From contig CP070656.1 in the NCBI GenBank assembly GCA_020355065.1, positions 2,501,703 to 2,542,435 on the forward strand: a stretch of DNA of 40,733 bases, given 5' to 3'. Of this stretch, positions 8,303 through 17,324 are shown one piece after another (within the stretch, counting starts at the first letter, position 1; every line of letters begins with the position of its first letter). Source of the DNA: Fidelibacterota bacterium (GTDB taxonomy: Bacteria > Fidelibacterota > Marinisomatia > SCGC-AAA003-L08 > TS1B11). A program made the translations under genes and the position numbers. The notes under the pieces are model-generated. The model was given only the letters and a program-made list of their open reading frames with translations, was not told the DNA's origin and made no database searches.

Positions 8303-8599
8303 TCAGGATGGCTTTGAGCCTGATTTTCTTTTAGATGGTCGCACCTCTCCTGAAGCTAGACCTGTTCTACGCAATCCCTCTGGGGCACTTTCCAAGAGTA
8401 TCCTTACATTCTCTCTCCCCTTCACTGCCGCAAGATTTTCCTCCCGGATACGAAGGTAGACCTCCTCGCGATGCACAGGCAGTTGGGGCGGTGCCGTGAT
8501 CCCGATCTTCACGTAGCTGCCTTTGCACTCTAAGACCTTGAGTAGAATACCCTCCCCCACTCTGATACTCTGACCGGATTTTCTAGTTAATACTAGCAT
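8303..8599 (-). CDS. csrA: Carbon storage regulator CsrA (FliW-partnered type, long C-terminal extension)
   Basis: [48 protein letters not shown] is the canonical CsrA fold sequence. The gene lies directly downstream of fliW. The start is set at ATG 8599 (the track's TTG 8608 overlaps fliW). Confidence 0.9.
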   Translation of the reverse strand: MLVLTRKSGQSIRVGEGILLKVLECKGSYVKIGITAPPQLPVHREEVYLRIREENLAAVKGRENVRILLESAPEGLRRTGLASGEVRPSKRKSGSKPS

Positions 8600-8604
8600 G
8601 GCAC

Positions 8605-9057
8605 TCAAACTTCCCCAGTGGAAGGCACCAGATCGGCTAACGGAACATCTACCCTTAGATCCTCCCGATCAAGGATCAACTGATAACCTTGCATGGTCTT
8701 GGTACTGATAATCACCGGCGCTTTGGTGTTGACCGTGATCGTACCATCCTCCGGCTCTATCCGTAAAACATAATAGGGTAAAATCTCGTCCTGGGAGGGA
8801 TTATCCAAGAGACCCAGATGCTTGTCGCCAAGGTGTGAGAACACAGACGTCTTCAGCAGCAGGCAGCTGATGACCGGCAAGGCTACATCGGGATCTCTCA
8901 GCGAGCGAAGCCAGAGGAATGGCCTGAGCTCCGCCTTGCTTTCCAGTACAAACTGCTTGTGCTCTTCGAAACCCGGTAGGCCGGAGGGAAACTCCAGTGG
9001 TCCGGAAGACTCCGTGCCCTCAGGTTGGGAGGCTTGTTCCTTGGATTTCTTCGGCAC
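8605..9057 (-). CDS. fliW: Flagellar assembly factor FliW
   Basis: [37 protein letters not shown] is typical of FliW. It sits between flgL and csrA, as in the Bacillus-type arrangement. Confidence 0.88.
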   Translation of the reverse strand: MPKKSKEQASQPEGTESSGPLEFPSGLPGFEEHKQFVLESKAELRPFLWLRSLRDPDVALPVISCLLLKTSVFSHLGDKHLGLLDNPSQDEILPYYVLRIEPEDGTITVNTKAPVIISTKTMQGYQLILDREDLRVDVPLADLVPSTGEV

Positions 9058-9059
9058 GC

Positions 9060-9932
9060 CTACTGCAGGTGATTCAGGATACTAATGCTCATCATGCGAG
9101 TGCTGGATTCCAGCGCAGCACGATAACCTAATTCTTTGGCGTTAAATTGCAAAATTGCCTCGGCTAAGTCCACATCTTCCTCTTGGCTGATGTAGGCCTC
9201 CAAATTCACCGCCGCTATCTCTAAATTGCCCCTTGTAAGTTCCAGTTTCCGCTGCATGGACCCTGCCCGGGTCATCGTATTTAACAACACTGGGTCGGCC
9301 GTGTCTATCTGGGCTAAGGCAGCATCGATGGCCGATCCGTCACTTGCATCCAAGGCATCGCGGAGAGCGATGGCGGCTGCGAAGATATCTTCGAACTCCG
9401 ATCCAATGGTATTGATCTGAAGATAAGTATCCTCACCCACTTTCCTGGAAATCTCACCATCATTGCCATCGTACGTGACCGTGGTACCATCATAGGTAAA
9501 CGGATCGGTATCTTTGGTAATCGTTCCGCCGAAAACATATTTTCCCATGAACTTGGTGTTGCCCATCAGTACCATCTCTTCGATCAGGGCTTCTACGTAT
9601 TCCACGACCTGTTCCCGGGATTGAGGCGCCGCATCGCTCCGGGTCTGCTGTCCTAGTTCTCGAATCTGCTGCAGCGCTTCATACATCACGTCCAGCGATT
9701 CGGTCCCCACTCTGATCCAGGCAATGCCGTCTTCGATATTACTCAGATACTGCTCATTCTTTGCCAGCAGACTCCGGAACCGACCTGCTCGCTCGAACCG
9801 TACCGGGTCATCAGACGACCGTGCGACCTCCTTGTTGGTGCTCAACTGCTTCTGGACAGAGGATAAACCCTCACCAGAATCCATTAAGTAATCTATGATC
9901 TGATCCTTGATCATTGAGTTGGTAACGCGCAT
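9060..9932 (-). CDS. flgL: Flagellar hook-associated protein 3 FlgL
   Basis: The N-terminus MRVTNSM.. and the flagellin-like N and C helices (..RAALESSTRMMSISILNHLQ) match, at 290 aa. It follows flgK. Confidence 0.88.
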   Translation of the reverse strand: MRVTNSMIKDQIIDYLMDSGEGLSSVQKQLSTNKEVARSSDDPVRFERAGRFRSLLAKNEQYLSNIEDGIAWIRVGTESLDVMYEALQQIRELGQQTRSDAAPQSREQVVEYVEALIEEMVLMGNTKFMGKYVFGGTITKDTDPFTYDGTTVTYDGNDGEISRKVGEDTYLQINTIGSEFEDIFAAAIALRDALDASDGSAIDAALAQIDTADPVLLNTMTRAGSMQRKLELTRGNLEIAAVNLEAYISQEEDVDLAEAILQFNAKELGYRAALESSTRMMSISILNHLQ

Positions 9933-9953
9933 AATATCAAACCCCTACTTGAT

Positions 9954-11312
9954 CTAAATCATCTGCAGTAATGTTCGCGTGAGTTCGTCGGCCGTGGCCA
10001 CCAACCTCGAAGCGGCCGTAAAGGCCTGCTCAAGTTGGACCATCCGGGTCATCTCTTCTTCCATGCTGACCCCCGAGATGGACTGGCGCTGCATGTCCAA
10101 ATGATCGACGATCTTGGTCTGATTCGTCATCAGAAAATCGGTTTCCTGAATTCGATTGCCAAGAGTGCTCACCAGGGAGCGATAGTACTCTCCTATGGTC
10201 TGATTCCCAATGACCTCAGCATCCGCCAGATCTGCGACGGCTTTGGCAACGTTTCCATTTCCGGATTCCCCCGGGGCATCGCTGGTAGCGATCAACTCGA
10301 CGTTCGCCACAATGGAGCCGTTCACGGCAATCGAGCCGGCTCCCTCTGTTGTGGCGGCAAAGAAGTCCAACCCGGTGGTACCGTCAAGATTATAACCGGA
10401 GCGGTGAAGTGTATTCACTTCTTGTACCAGATCTATTGCCAGCGCATCCAGCCGATCGAGTAAATCAGGAATGTCATAATTGTGAACCGACAGTAAAGCT
10501 CCCATCTCTCCCGACGTCACGGATATTTCTCGATCCGTCCCCCCAATAATGGCGGTAATCTGGGAGATTCCCTCTTCCGTCTCCGTTTCTTCCACGTCTA
10601 TTTCGTATGCGGTTTTACCCGACACAATCATCAGACCGGAAATGTAAACCGAGACACTATTGCCATCGCGACGGATATCGACGTTGGCCAGCTCCGATAG
10701 ACGATCAACAAGACGATCCCGTTGATCCTCGAGATCGAGATTATTACCGGGATTGATTTTATTCAACTCCGCGATCTGCGCAGCCAGATCATTGATCTCA
10801 CTTACCCGTGCGTTGATCTCATCACTGATGGTTGACTGGAACGCCAGAAACTCCCGATTCACTCGGTTGAAACTCAAGGCCAGGGTCTGCGCCCGGTCCC
10901 GCACAATGGTGCGGGCAACCGTGCTTTCCGGATCGTTCGCCAGACTGTTCCATGCCTCCCAGAAGTCCTCCAGCATCGTTGCCAGGCCGGAATCGTTGCT
11001 CGCCGGAAGAACCCCCTCAATCTGCCTCAGGAGCGAATCCTCGGTTTCATATTGGGACTGCAGCGAGGTCTGACTCCAGAATTGGCGGTCAACAAAATCC
11101 TCCCGTATGCGGCGCAGGGTATCGCCGTTGATGGCGCTGCCCATACTGAATCCCGAAAGAATCTCCGGCAGCACTGGATTGACATCCAGGCGCTCCCGGC
11201 TGTAACCACGGGTGTTGACGTTGGATATGTTCTTACCCGTGATCTGAATCCCAAACTGGGAGAGCAACATGCCCTGCTTGCCGATTTCCGAGAGATGGCT
11301 GAGTCCCGCCAC
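9954..11312 (-). CDS. flgK: Flagellar hook-associated protein 1 FlgK
   Basis: The N-terminus ..LLSQFGIQITGKNISNVNTRGYSRE and the C-terminus ..GVSMEEEMTRMVQLEQAFTAASRLVATADELTRTLLQMI are rod/hook family termini. Length is 452 aa. Confidence 0.9.
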   Translation of the reverse strand: MAGLSHLSEIGKQGMLLSQFGIQITGKNISNVNTRGYSRERLDVNPVLPEILSGFSMGSAINGDTLRRIREDFVDRQFWSQTSLQSQYETEDSLLRQIEGVLPASNDSGLATMLEDFWEAWNSLANDPESTVARTIVRDRAQTLALSFNRVNREFLAFQSTISDEINARVSEINDLAAQIAELNKINPGNNLDLEDQRDRLVDRLSELANVDIRRDGNSVSVYISGLMIVSGKTAYEIDVEETETEEGISQITAIIGGTDREISVTSGEMGALLSVHNYDIPDLLDRLDALAIDLVQEVNTLHRSGYNLDGTTGLDFFAATTEGAGSIAVNGSIVANVELIATSDAPGESGNGNVAKAVADLADAEVIGNQTIGEYYRSLVSTLGNRIQETDFLMTNQTKIVDHLDMQRQSISGVSMEEEMTRMVQLEQAFTAASRLVATADELTRTLLQMI

Positions 11313-11313
11313 G

Positions 11314-11832
11314 CTAAATTCTCCCCTCTATAAGACTGGAGCCCGAAGGGCCTTCATCACCACGGCCTTCCGCCGAATACACCGGAAACTGCTCCGAAGA
11401 TTTCACCAGCTCTCGGGCCGCTTCGCGGACGAATTTGATGGAATAATCCAGTAAGTAACGATTTTCTTCGTTGGTTAACATTACTTCTTGTACAATCTGC
11501 TGGAGACTACGGTGGATATTGGACAACCGTTCGGCATAGGTAGTCTCCACAACTCCGATCAACTGCGTCAGGGTGCGGATTTGTTCATCCTTACCCAAGG
11601 CATCGCTGATCTCCTTAATAGAGGCCTCCCTGTCTTCCGCCACGCTTTCGGATTGCTTCAGGATGGCCTGCTCCTGCATCACAGCCTCTTTGAGGCCTTC
11701 CAATTTGCCCTCAATGATACTGGATTGCTTTTTGCGGAGTACGAGGAGTAGCTCGTTATACATCCGCATTTCCTGGGATAATATCGTCACGAGTCTGGCG
11801 ATCAGACGTTCAGCGACTGGTTGATTCGACAT
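11314..11832 (-). CDS. flgN: FlgN-family export chaperone (for FlgK/FlgL)
   Basis: A helical protein of about 172 aa (..LSQEMRMYNELLLVLRKKQSSIIEGKLEGLKEAV..) immediately upstream of flgK. I chose ATG 11832, preceded by AAAGGAAAA. This is a family call from position and pattern only. Confidence 0.6.
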   Translation of the reverse strand: MSNQPVAERLIARLVTILSQEMRMYNELLLVLRKKQSSIIEGKLEGLKEAVMQEQAILKQSESVAEDREASIKEISDALGKDEQIRTLTQLIGVVETTYAERLSNIHRSLQQIVQEVMLTNEENRYLLDYSIKFVREAARELVKSSEQFPVYSAEGRGDEGPSGSSLIEGRI

Positions 11833-12235
11833 CGTTTTCCTTTCCCACGGGACGAGTGAGTAGTTCTTGTAAGGATGTGCCACTCTCATTCTCGGAGGGG
11901 TCCTGCGGTTGTTTAGCCTGCAGATCCCGGTAGAGCAGTTCCGCTAGGCCGATACCGCCACCTTCACTGAGTGCCGATCCCATGACCTGATTGAACATCA
12001 TATCAGGCAAACCGCTGCCCGATAACGTACCTTGAGGCAACGTTCTTTCCATGCTCTTCACCAGATAGCCCATAAACAACGATTCGAAATTCTGGCATGC
12101 TTTCCAGAGCTTCTTATCCGCTTTCGGACTCCCCGATACCACCCTTTGGACCGGCGTGTCCTGCGGTTTGACGGGCTGCTGTTCTGTTGCTTTAATTTCC
12201 ATCTCTTCCCGACTACATGATAATGAGCTTGGCAT
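11810..12235 (-). CDS. flgJ: Rod-binding protein (FlgJ N-terminal domain only, no muramidase domain)
   Basis: KACQNFESLFMGYLVKSMERTL..GGGIGLAELLYRDL matches the Rod_binding motif (FE..F...mlKsMr...GiGLA). An alternative start is ATG 12202. Confidence 0.75.
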   Translation of the reverse strand: MPSSLSCSREEMEIKATEQQPVKPQDTPVQRVVSGSPKADKKLWKACQNFESLFMGYLVKSMERTLPQGTLSGSGLPDMMFNQVMGSALSEGGGIGLAELLYRDLQAKQPQDPSENESGTSLQELLTRPVGKENDVESTSR

Positions 12236-13340
12236 TCAGAGCACCCGCTTCTTTGATCGCTTGAAAGACGGCAATCACATCACGCGGTTTGAAACCCATA
12301 TCGTTGAGTGCCGCCGACAATTCCGAGACCGTGGCTGCCGAGAGTACCGAAGCCTCGCCGGGTTGTTCAGACACCGTCGTACGGGTTATGGGAATGGTCA
12401 CGGTCTGACCGGTGCTGAAGGCCGAAGGTTGCGCCACATAGGGCGCCGTCGTGGTATGAATCTGGAGAGAACCATGGGAGACCAGCACTGCTCCAATGGT
12501 TACATTACCTCCAGCTACCACCGTTCCAGTCCGCTCATTGATGACCACCCGGGCCTCAATATCCTTCACGACCTGAAGCGTCTCAATACTGGCCACAAAC
12601 TGAACCAATTCGTAAGGTAAACTCAGTCCGGGCGGATATGAAATCTGCACAATGCTGGGATCCACAGCCTGGGCCAGGGGCTGGACACTGGGAACAAATG
12701 CGTTCACCGCTTCCGCGATGCGTGACGCCGTAGTATAATTAGGCTCTTTTAAGAGCAGCTCCACCGGTCGATCCGGTTGAAGACCTATTTCCGCGATGGC
12801 GCGCTCCAGGGTTGCACCCTCTGGTACCCGGCCCACCAGAGCATAATTCTGACGTAGCCGCTCACCGCCCAGAGTCGTCACGTTGAATCCACCCACCGAC
12901 ACTGGACCTTGGGCCAGTCCGTAGTACTCGCCCTCGGCGCTGCGTAGGGGCGCCATGAGCAGCACACCATTCTCCAAGCTGGTGGCATCCCCTAGCGATG
13001 AGACATTGACATCGAACCTGGCCCCCGGTTTACCGAATGGTGGGGTCATGGCCGTTACCATGACAGCCGCTGCGTTCCTGGTCCGCAAGTGCTGGCTATC
13101 TACCGTCAGCCCAAACTCCTCCAGCATGTTGGCGATACTCTGCACTGTAAAGACTGTTCCGCGATGACCGATCGCTCGATCCCCCGTTCCATTCAGGCCC
13201 ACAACCAGTCCATAGCCCACCAGGGAGACCTGCTGGATATTCCGATAGGTGGTCACATCCTTGATGCGACTCACACCTTGAGCCAACAGTTGCTGACTAA
13301 ACAGGACTACACTTATAGCCAGATAAAGATATCGTCTCAT
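12213..13340 (-). CDS. flgI: Flagellar P-ring protein FlgI
   Basis: A signal peptide (MRRYLYLAISVVLFSQQLLAQG) is followed by RIKDV..VSLVGYGLVVGL.GTGD.. and a C-terminus ..AIKEAGALNAKLIIM, both canonical for FlgI. Confidence 0.93.
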   Translation of the reverse strand: MRRYLYLAISVVLFSQQLLAQGVSRIKDVTTYRNIQQVSLVGYGLVVGLNGTGDRAIGHRGTVFTVQSIANMLEEFGLTVDSQHLRTRNAAAVMVTAMTPPFGKPGARFDVNVSSLGDATSLENGVLLMAPLRSAEGEYYGLAQGPVSVGGFNVTTLGGERLRQNYALVGRVPEGATLERAIAEIGLQPDRPVELLLKEPNYTTASRIAEAVNAFVPSVQPLAQAVDPSIVQISYPPGLSLPYELVQFVASIETLQVVKDIEARVVINERTGTVVAGGNVTIGAVLVSHGSLQIHTTTAPYVAQPSAFSTGQTVTIPITRTTVSEQPGEASVLSAATVSELSAALNDMGFKPRDVIAVFQAIKEAGALNAKLIIM

Positions 13341-14005
13341 TAGAATGACAAGCTCCTGATAATCGTGAGCGCACTAACACCACCCACATAACCGATGATG
13401 GCCAGGCCGGCTCCGCCCATGATGATATTCGCCAATCGCGAGAATGTCCCTCTCTGGACTAGTTTCCCTGTGACACCGGCCTTGCTGTAGTAAAGTCTGG
13501 AATCAGCAATATTGTAAGACAACACCGTGTTATCCGAACGAATATCCCTTGGCCGGATGGTTCCCTTCACCGTCATGAGATTCCGCTCACCGTTGACATT
13601 GATCACCTTTGTTCCGGTAATCTTATACATGCCGTTGTCGGTCACTTCCGTAATCACAGCCGTGATTCGGCCGGTCAACAGGTCTTTTTGCGCAGTGCCC
13701 TCACGGGAATTGGAATCCGTCTTAAGATTGGACTGCAGCCCGAATACGGGCAGGAATTGAAGCAGGTTGCCCTGTACATCACCCTGGGCGTTTACCGAAT
13801 TGTCGTCGAATTTCTGCACCTGCGACGAATGGCTGGCATTGGACGTTTCCATAACCAGAATGGTCACGACGTCGCCGGTACCGCGGGCCTTATGATCCGC
13901 GTAAAGCGATAAAGGTGCATCCTGACTTCTGACCACAGAACTAGACATCAGAAAGATCGCCAGTATGAGCGGTCTATGAAAGCGAATGAATGCAAAATCT
14001 GTCAT
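13340..14005 (-). CDS. flgH: Flagellar L-ring protein FlgH (no lipobox Cys; hydrophobic C-terminal extension)
   Basis: SLYADHKARGTGDVVTILVMETSNAS is the FlgH core motif. The start is set at ATG 14005 (SD GTGGAG), 4 nt after the flgA stop. Confidence 0.88.
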   Translation of the reverse strand: MTDFAFIRFHRPLILAIFLMSSSVVRSQDAPLSLYADHKARGTGDVVTILVMETSNASHSSQVQKFDDNSVNAQGDVQGNLLQFLPVFGLQSNLKTDSNSREGTAQKDLLTGRITAVITEVTDNGMYKITGTKVINVNGERNLMTVKGTIRPRDIRSDNTVLSYNIADSRLYYSKAGVTGKLVQRGTFSRLANIIMGGAGLAIIGYVGGVSALTIIRSLSF

Positions 14006-14009
14006 GCTA

Positions 14010-14759
14010 TTACTCCACAACAACGATCCCCGGTGAGACCAAACGAGCGTAGAGCCTCTTCCCTGTGGCAGTTGCCACGACGGGGATCAAATCACCAATA
14101 CTGCCTTCTCTCCGGACTTTGCCCGGACTCATTAAAGTGAAATTTTCCCGACGGAAATGAATCATGACCTGCTCGCCGCGTTGTACGACGGGTACTTCCT
14201 CGAATTGGTGAAACTGCAGCAGCTGGTTCTGTGCCAGACTGGCGCTCAGTTGGTACCCTTCAGGTAAGCAATCCGCGACGAAGTAATCCTGTTCGCGATG
14301 GGACACCCGAATTTGCTTGCGAATAAAATTTGTGGGGTCCAGTTGACTGCCCCGTTTTAAAGGAAAGCGGGCCGCCCACCCGTTTATGACTGCCACACAT
14401 TCTACGGTGAGATTAACCTTAACAGGTTTTCCTTGTGCCGGGGTGATCTCCAAAGGGATGACGTACCTTCCTGCGGCTTCCCGCGGTAGAAATCGCCGTA
14501 TAGGTCGAACAGTGGCCGGTTGGCTAATCCCATCAATGTTCGGAGGCAGATGGATAGCAACCACTTCGCCAGTCAGGTTGGCCTGTCCAAATCCCTGCTG
14601 CACGTGCTGCCGGACCGCTTGCTCCAATTGACCACGTATCTCCTGCGCCACGGGTGAGTCTTCTGCCTGCAGAACACTCCCCGCGGCGCACACCAGCGCA
14701 ACCAAAATAATCCTTGTGCACACCCGAGCGGGGATCCAGCTGTCAACGGGCACTTGCAT
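14010..14759 (-). CDS. flgA: Flagellar P-ring assembly chaperone FlgA
   Basis: It has a signal peptide and a SAF-like C-terminal region (..GDLIPVVATATGKRLYARLVSPGIVVVE). It sits between flgG and flgH, with a TAATG overlap with flgG. Confidence 0.8.
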   Translation of the reverse strand: MQVPVDSWIPARVCTRIILVALVCAAGSVLQAEDSPVAQEIRGQLEQAVRQHVQQGFGQANLTGEVVAIHLPPNIDGISQPATVRPIRRFLPREAAGRYVIPLEITPAQGKPVKVNLTVECVAVINGWAARFPLKRGSQLDPTNFIRKQIRVSHREQDYFVADCLPEGYQLSASLAQNQLLQFHQFEEVPVVQRGEQVMIHFRRENFTLMSPGKVRREGSIGDLIPVVATATGKRLYARLVSPGIVVVE

Positions 14760-15547
14760 TATCGTCGAATGTTATTGGCCACTGCTAACATTTCGTCAGC
14801 AGACTTAACGGCTTTGGAATTGATTTCATATGCCCGTTGGGCAACGATCATGTTGATCATCTCCTGCACTACATCAACATTGGACTTTTCCAGGAAACCC
14901 TGGAGTACAGATCCAAATCCCTCATCACCGGCAAATCCTATGGTGGGCGGTCCGGATGCTACGGTTTCCTCATACAGGTTGCCACCCACGGCATTCAGGC
15001 CACCGGGATTGACAAACTTGACTAACTCCAGTTGCCCGATCTCTTCCGGTTCGGACTCTCCCGCCAGTATGACGGAGAGAATGCCGTCCTGACCGATGTT
15101 GATACTCTCAGTGTCGGGAGGAAGACTGATTTCCGAACCTAGTCGCAGACCGGTTGAAGTCACAATATAGCCGTCCGCATTAATACGGAAGGCACCGTCC
15201 CTAGTATAGGCGTACGTGCCATCAGGCCGCATGACCTGGAAAAAGCCATCACCGTCAATCGCCAAGTCCAAGGGATTGTTGGTATCTGTGATGGTTCCCT
15301 GCGCAAACGTTCTGAATGTGGAAACAGCGCGATTACCATGCCCCACCTGGATTTCAGTGGGTTTCTCCTGACCAAGACCTCCTTCCCCTGCCCCGGACAC
15401 AATCGTTTCATACAGAATATCCTGAAATTCGACGCTGCTGCGTTTGAAGCCGGTGGTATTAACGTTGGCCAGATTATTGGCAATGACATCCAGCGTGAGT
15501 TGCTGGGCTGCCATTCCCAATGCTGCTGTCCGTAATGAACGAATCAT
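14759..15547 (-). CDS. flgG: Distal rod protein FlgG
   Basis: MIRSLRTAALGMAAQQLTLDVIANNLANVNTTGFKRS.. and the C-terminus ..VVQEMINMIVAQRAYEINSKAVKSADEML.. match FlgG. Length is 262 aa. Confidence 0.93.
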   Translation of the reverse strand: MIRSLRTAALGMAAQQLTLDVIANNLANVNTTGFKRSSVEFQDILYETIVSGAGEGGLGQEKPTEIQVGHGNRAVSTFRTFAQGTITDTNNPLDLAIDGDGFFQVMRPDGTYAYTRDGAFRINADGYIVTSTGLRLGSEISLPPDTESINIGQDGILSVILAGESEPEEIGQLELVKFVNPGGLNAVGGNLYEETVASGPPTIGFAGDEGFGSVLQGFLEKSNVDVVQEMINMIVAQRAYEINSKAVKSADEMLAVANNIRR

Positions 15548-15556
15548 GCCTCCTCC

Positions 15557-16270
15557 TTAACGGTAATCTCCGAGCTGAGTGGCCCTGCCAAGCACCTCGT
15601 CCATAGCCCGGGCCACACGCTGAGTGGATTCGAAATTCCGCTGCAATTCAATCATCTTAACCATTTCCGAGACCGGTTGTACATTGGACCCTTCCAACAC
15701 CCCTTGGCGCACATCGTACTGTTCCGGTTCCAACTGGGTGACCAAAGTATCATTGGCAACGCGATAGAGGTTGGAACCGATTTTTTCCATAGCACGCAGA
15801 TCGCCGATATTGGCCACCGCCAGGTGATCGATGAGTATCTTATCCACGTACACCTCACCTAGACGTGTAATCTGAACATCGCCGGCAACGCCATTACTTG
15901 ATAGCACCGATAAGGGACCCTTCTCACCAATGAGAAGATGTCCCTGAGCGGTTTGAATAAAGCCTTGATCATTCACGGTGAAATGGCCGGTTCGGGTAAA
16001 GGCGGGACCAGCCTGGGTCTCCACAACAAAAAAACCACGTGACGCCAGGGCCAAGTCCAGCGGATTATCGGTCTGGTGAAGCTCTCCCTGGGCAAAGTCG
16101 GTGTACTTTTGGGCGCCGACATCATTCAGGGATTCAATGAACCAGTCTGTGAAACTGGCATCACGCTTAAATCCGGTGGTCCCGATATTGGCCAAGTTAT
16201 TGGCAACAATATCGGTCCCGAAAAGATTGCGGGTCATATTCCTGGCAACTCGGGTCAGGTCAAATTCCAT
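15557..16270 (-). CDS. flgF: Proximal rod protein FlgF
   Basis: MEFDLTRVARNMTRNLFGTDIVANNLANIGTTGFKRD.. and the C-terminus ..SEMVKMIELQRNFESTQRV match FlgF. The start is ATG 16270 (SD GAGGG). The track's TTG 16324 start lies in the promoter-like motif. Confidence 0.88.
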   Translation of the reverse strand: MEFDLTRVARNMTRNLFGTDIVANNLANIGTTGFKRDASFTDWFIESLNDVGAQKYTDFAQGELHQTDNPLDLALASRGFFVVETQAGPAFTRTGHFTVNDQGFIQTAQGHLLIGEKGPLSVLSSNGVAGDVQITRLGEVYVDKILIDHLAVANIGDLRAMEKIGSNLYRVANDTLVTQLEPEQYDVRQGVLEGSNVQPVSEMVKMIELQRNFESTQRVARAMDEVLGRATQLGDYR

Positions 16271-16308
16271 GATTTTCCCTCTAACATGTCTTACTGGAGA
16301 CCATAGGT

Positions 16309-16323
16309 TCAAATGCCGTGCCA
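16309..16323 (-). promoter_or_regulatory. Sigma-54-type -24/-12 promoter motif upstream of flgF
   Basis: The minus strand reads TGGCACGGCATTTGA against the consensus TGGCACG-N4-TTGC. The spacing is correct and there is a single mismatch (C to A in the -12 GC). It lies about 40 nt upstream of the flgF ATG, in the largest non-coding gap (16271-16498). Confidence 0.4.
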
Positions 16324-16498
16324 AAGGGGGATGACTACGGGAAGTAATCAGCCCGGACTTCTATTTCCTCGACGGAGGGGCAGCCATTAGAGGGGAACTC
16401 AATGACTGGCGAAAACAAAGGAACTATAACTGCTGGATAAGGATGAAAGGACGTCGCTGTAGCGGGTGGGAAAATATTCCCCCCAGGGACGAAAAGGG

Positions 16499-17299
16499 CT
16501 AATTGAGCTTGAGCATTTTCACGCCCTCTAAGTACTCTTCAGTCTCGTATGTCTGCAGATTCTCGAGCTTCTTGGTCAGCTCCTGAATCCGGTCGGCAGC
16601 CTCACGCATTTTGGTGATCGTGTCGGCAACATCAGGATGGTCATCTCCACACTGCTTCATCAACACATCCAGAAAACTCAGAATAATTGTCAGAGGATTG
16701 TTGATCTCATGATTCACCCTGACAACGAGTTGTCCCATGGCGGCCAGTCGCTCTTTTTCAACTAGGGCATTCTGGGTTTCCTGCAGCTCCTGGATGGCGG
16801 ATTCAAGTAGTTTGTTCTTCTCATGGAGTTCTGCCCGGAGCCGGAGCTGTTCCACGATCAATGAAACCTGGGTTCCTAATTGTTGCAGATCCGGTTTGTG
16901 CTCAGGTTTATAAAAACCCGATTCCCGATGCCCCAGATTGAGGACTCCCTCCAGTGCATCACCTGCCCACAGCGGTATGGAGATCAACGACTTAAAGTCA
17001 TGTCTACTATTCCCACCGCTCATTGTCGACAGGATGATTGGCTCTCTCTGTGAAGCCACCCAACCGCTGAGGCCGCCGCCACGGGTGAACGACACGTCCG
17101 AAGCCAGATTCACCACTTGAGACCCGCGGCTCTCGGCTACATTCAGCGCTTCGGTGTCCGGATCAATTACAAACAGGGTCGCGGCATCATACTCAATGAC
17201 TTCATCGAGTATATTAAAAACTGCCGAGTAGGTCTCTTCGTCGGAGAGACTCTGCTGGAGTATCGCTCCTATCTTTTGGAGAAATTCAAGGCTGATCAT
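16499..17299 (-). CDS. GAF domain + HisKA/DHp (H-box) protein lacking a catalytic ATPase domain
   Basis: The N-terminal ~150 aa is GAF-like (..ATLFVIDPDTEAL..GLSGWVASQREPIIL..LISIPLWAGDALEGVLNLG). A coiled coil follows, then the H-box ERLAAMGQLVVRVNHEINNPL (His197). The protein ends 69 aa after the His, with no N/G1/G2 boxes, and the downstream DNA is non-coding. Confidence 0.75.
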   Translation of the reverse strand: MISLEFLQKIGAILQQSLSDEETYSAVFNILDEVIEYDAATLFVIDPDTEALNVAESRGSQVVNLASDVSFTRGGGLSGWVASQREPIILSTMSGGNSRHDFKSLISIPLWAGDALEGVLNLGHRESGFYKPEHKPDLQQLGTQVSLIVEQLRLRAELHEKNKLLESAIQELQETQNALVEKERLAAMGQLVVRVNHEINNPLTIILSFLDVLMKQCGDDHPDVADTITKMREAADRIQELTKKLENLQTYETEEYLEGVKMLKLN

Positions 17300-17324
17300 G
17301 GCAGCTGATGGTTGGCAAGCGAGG

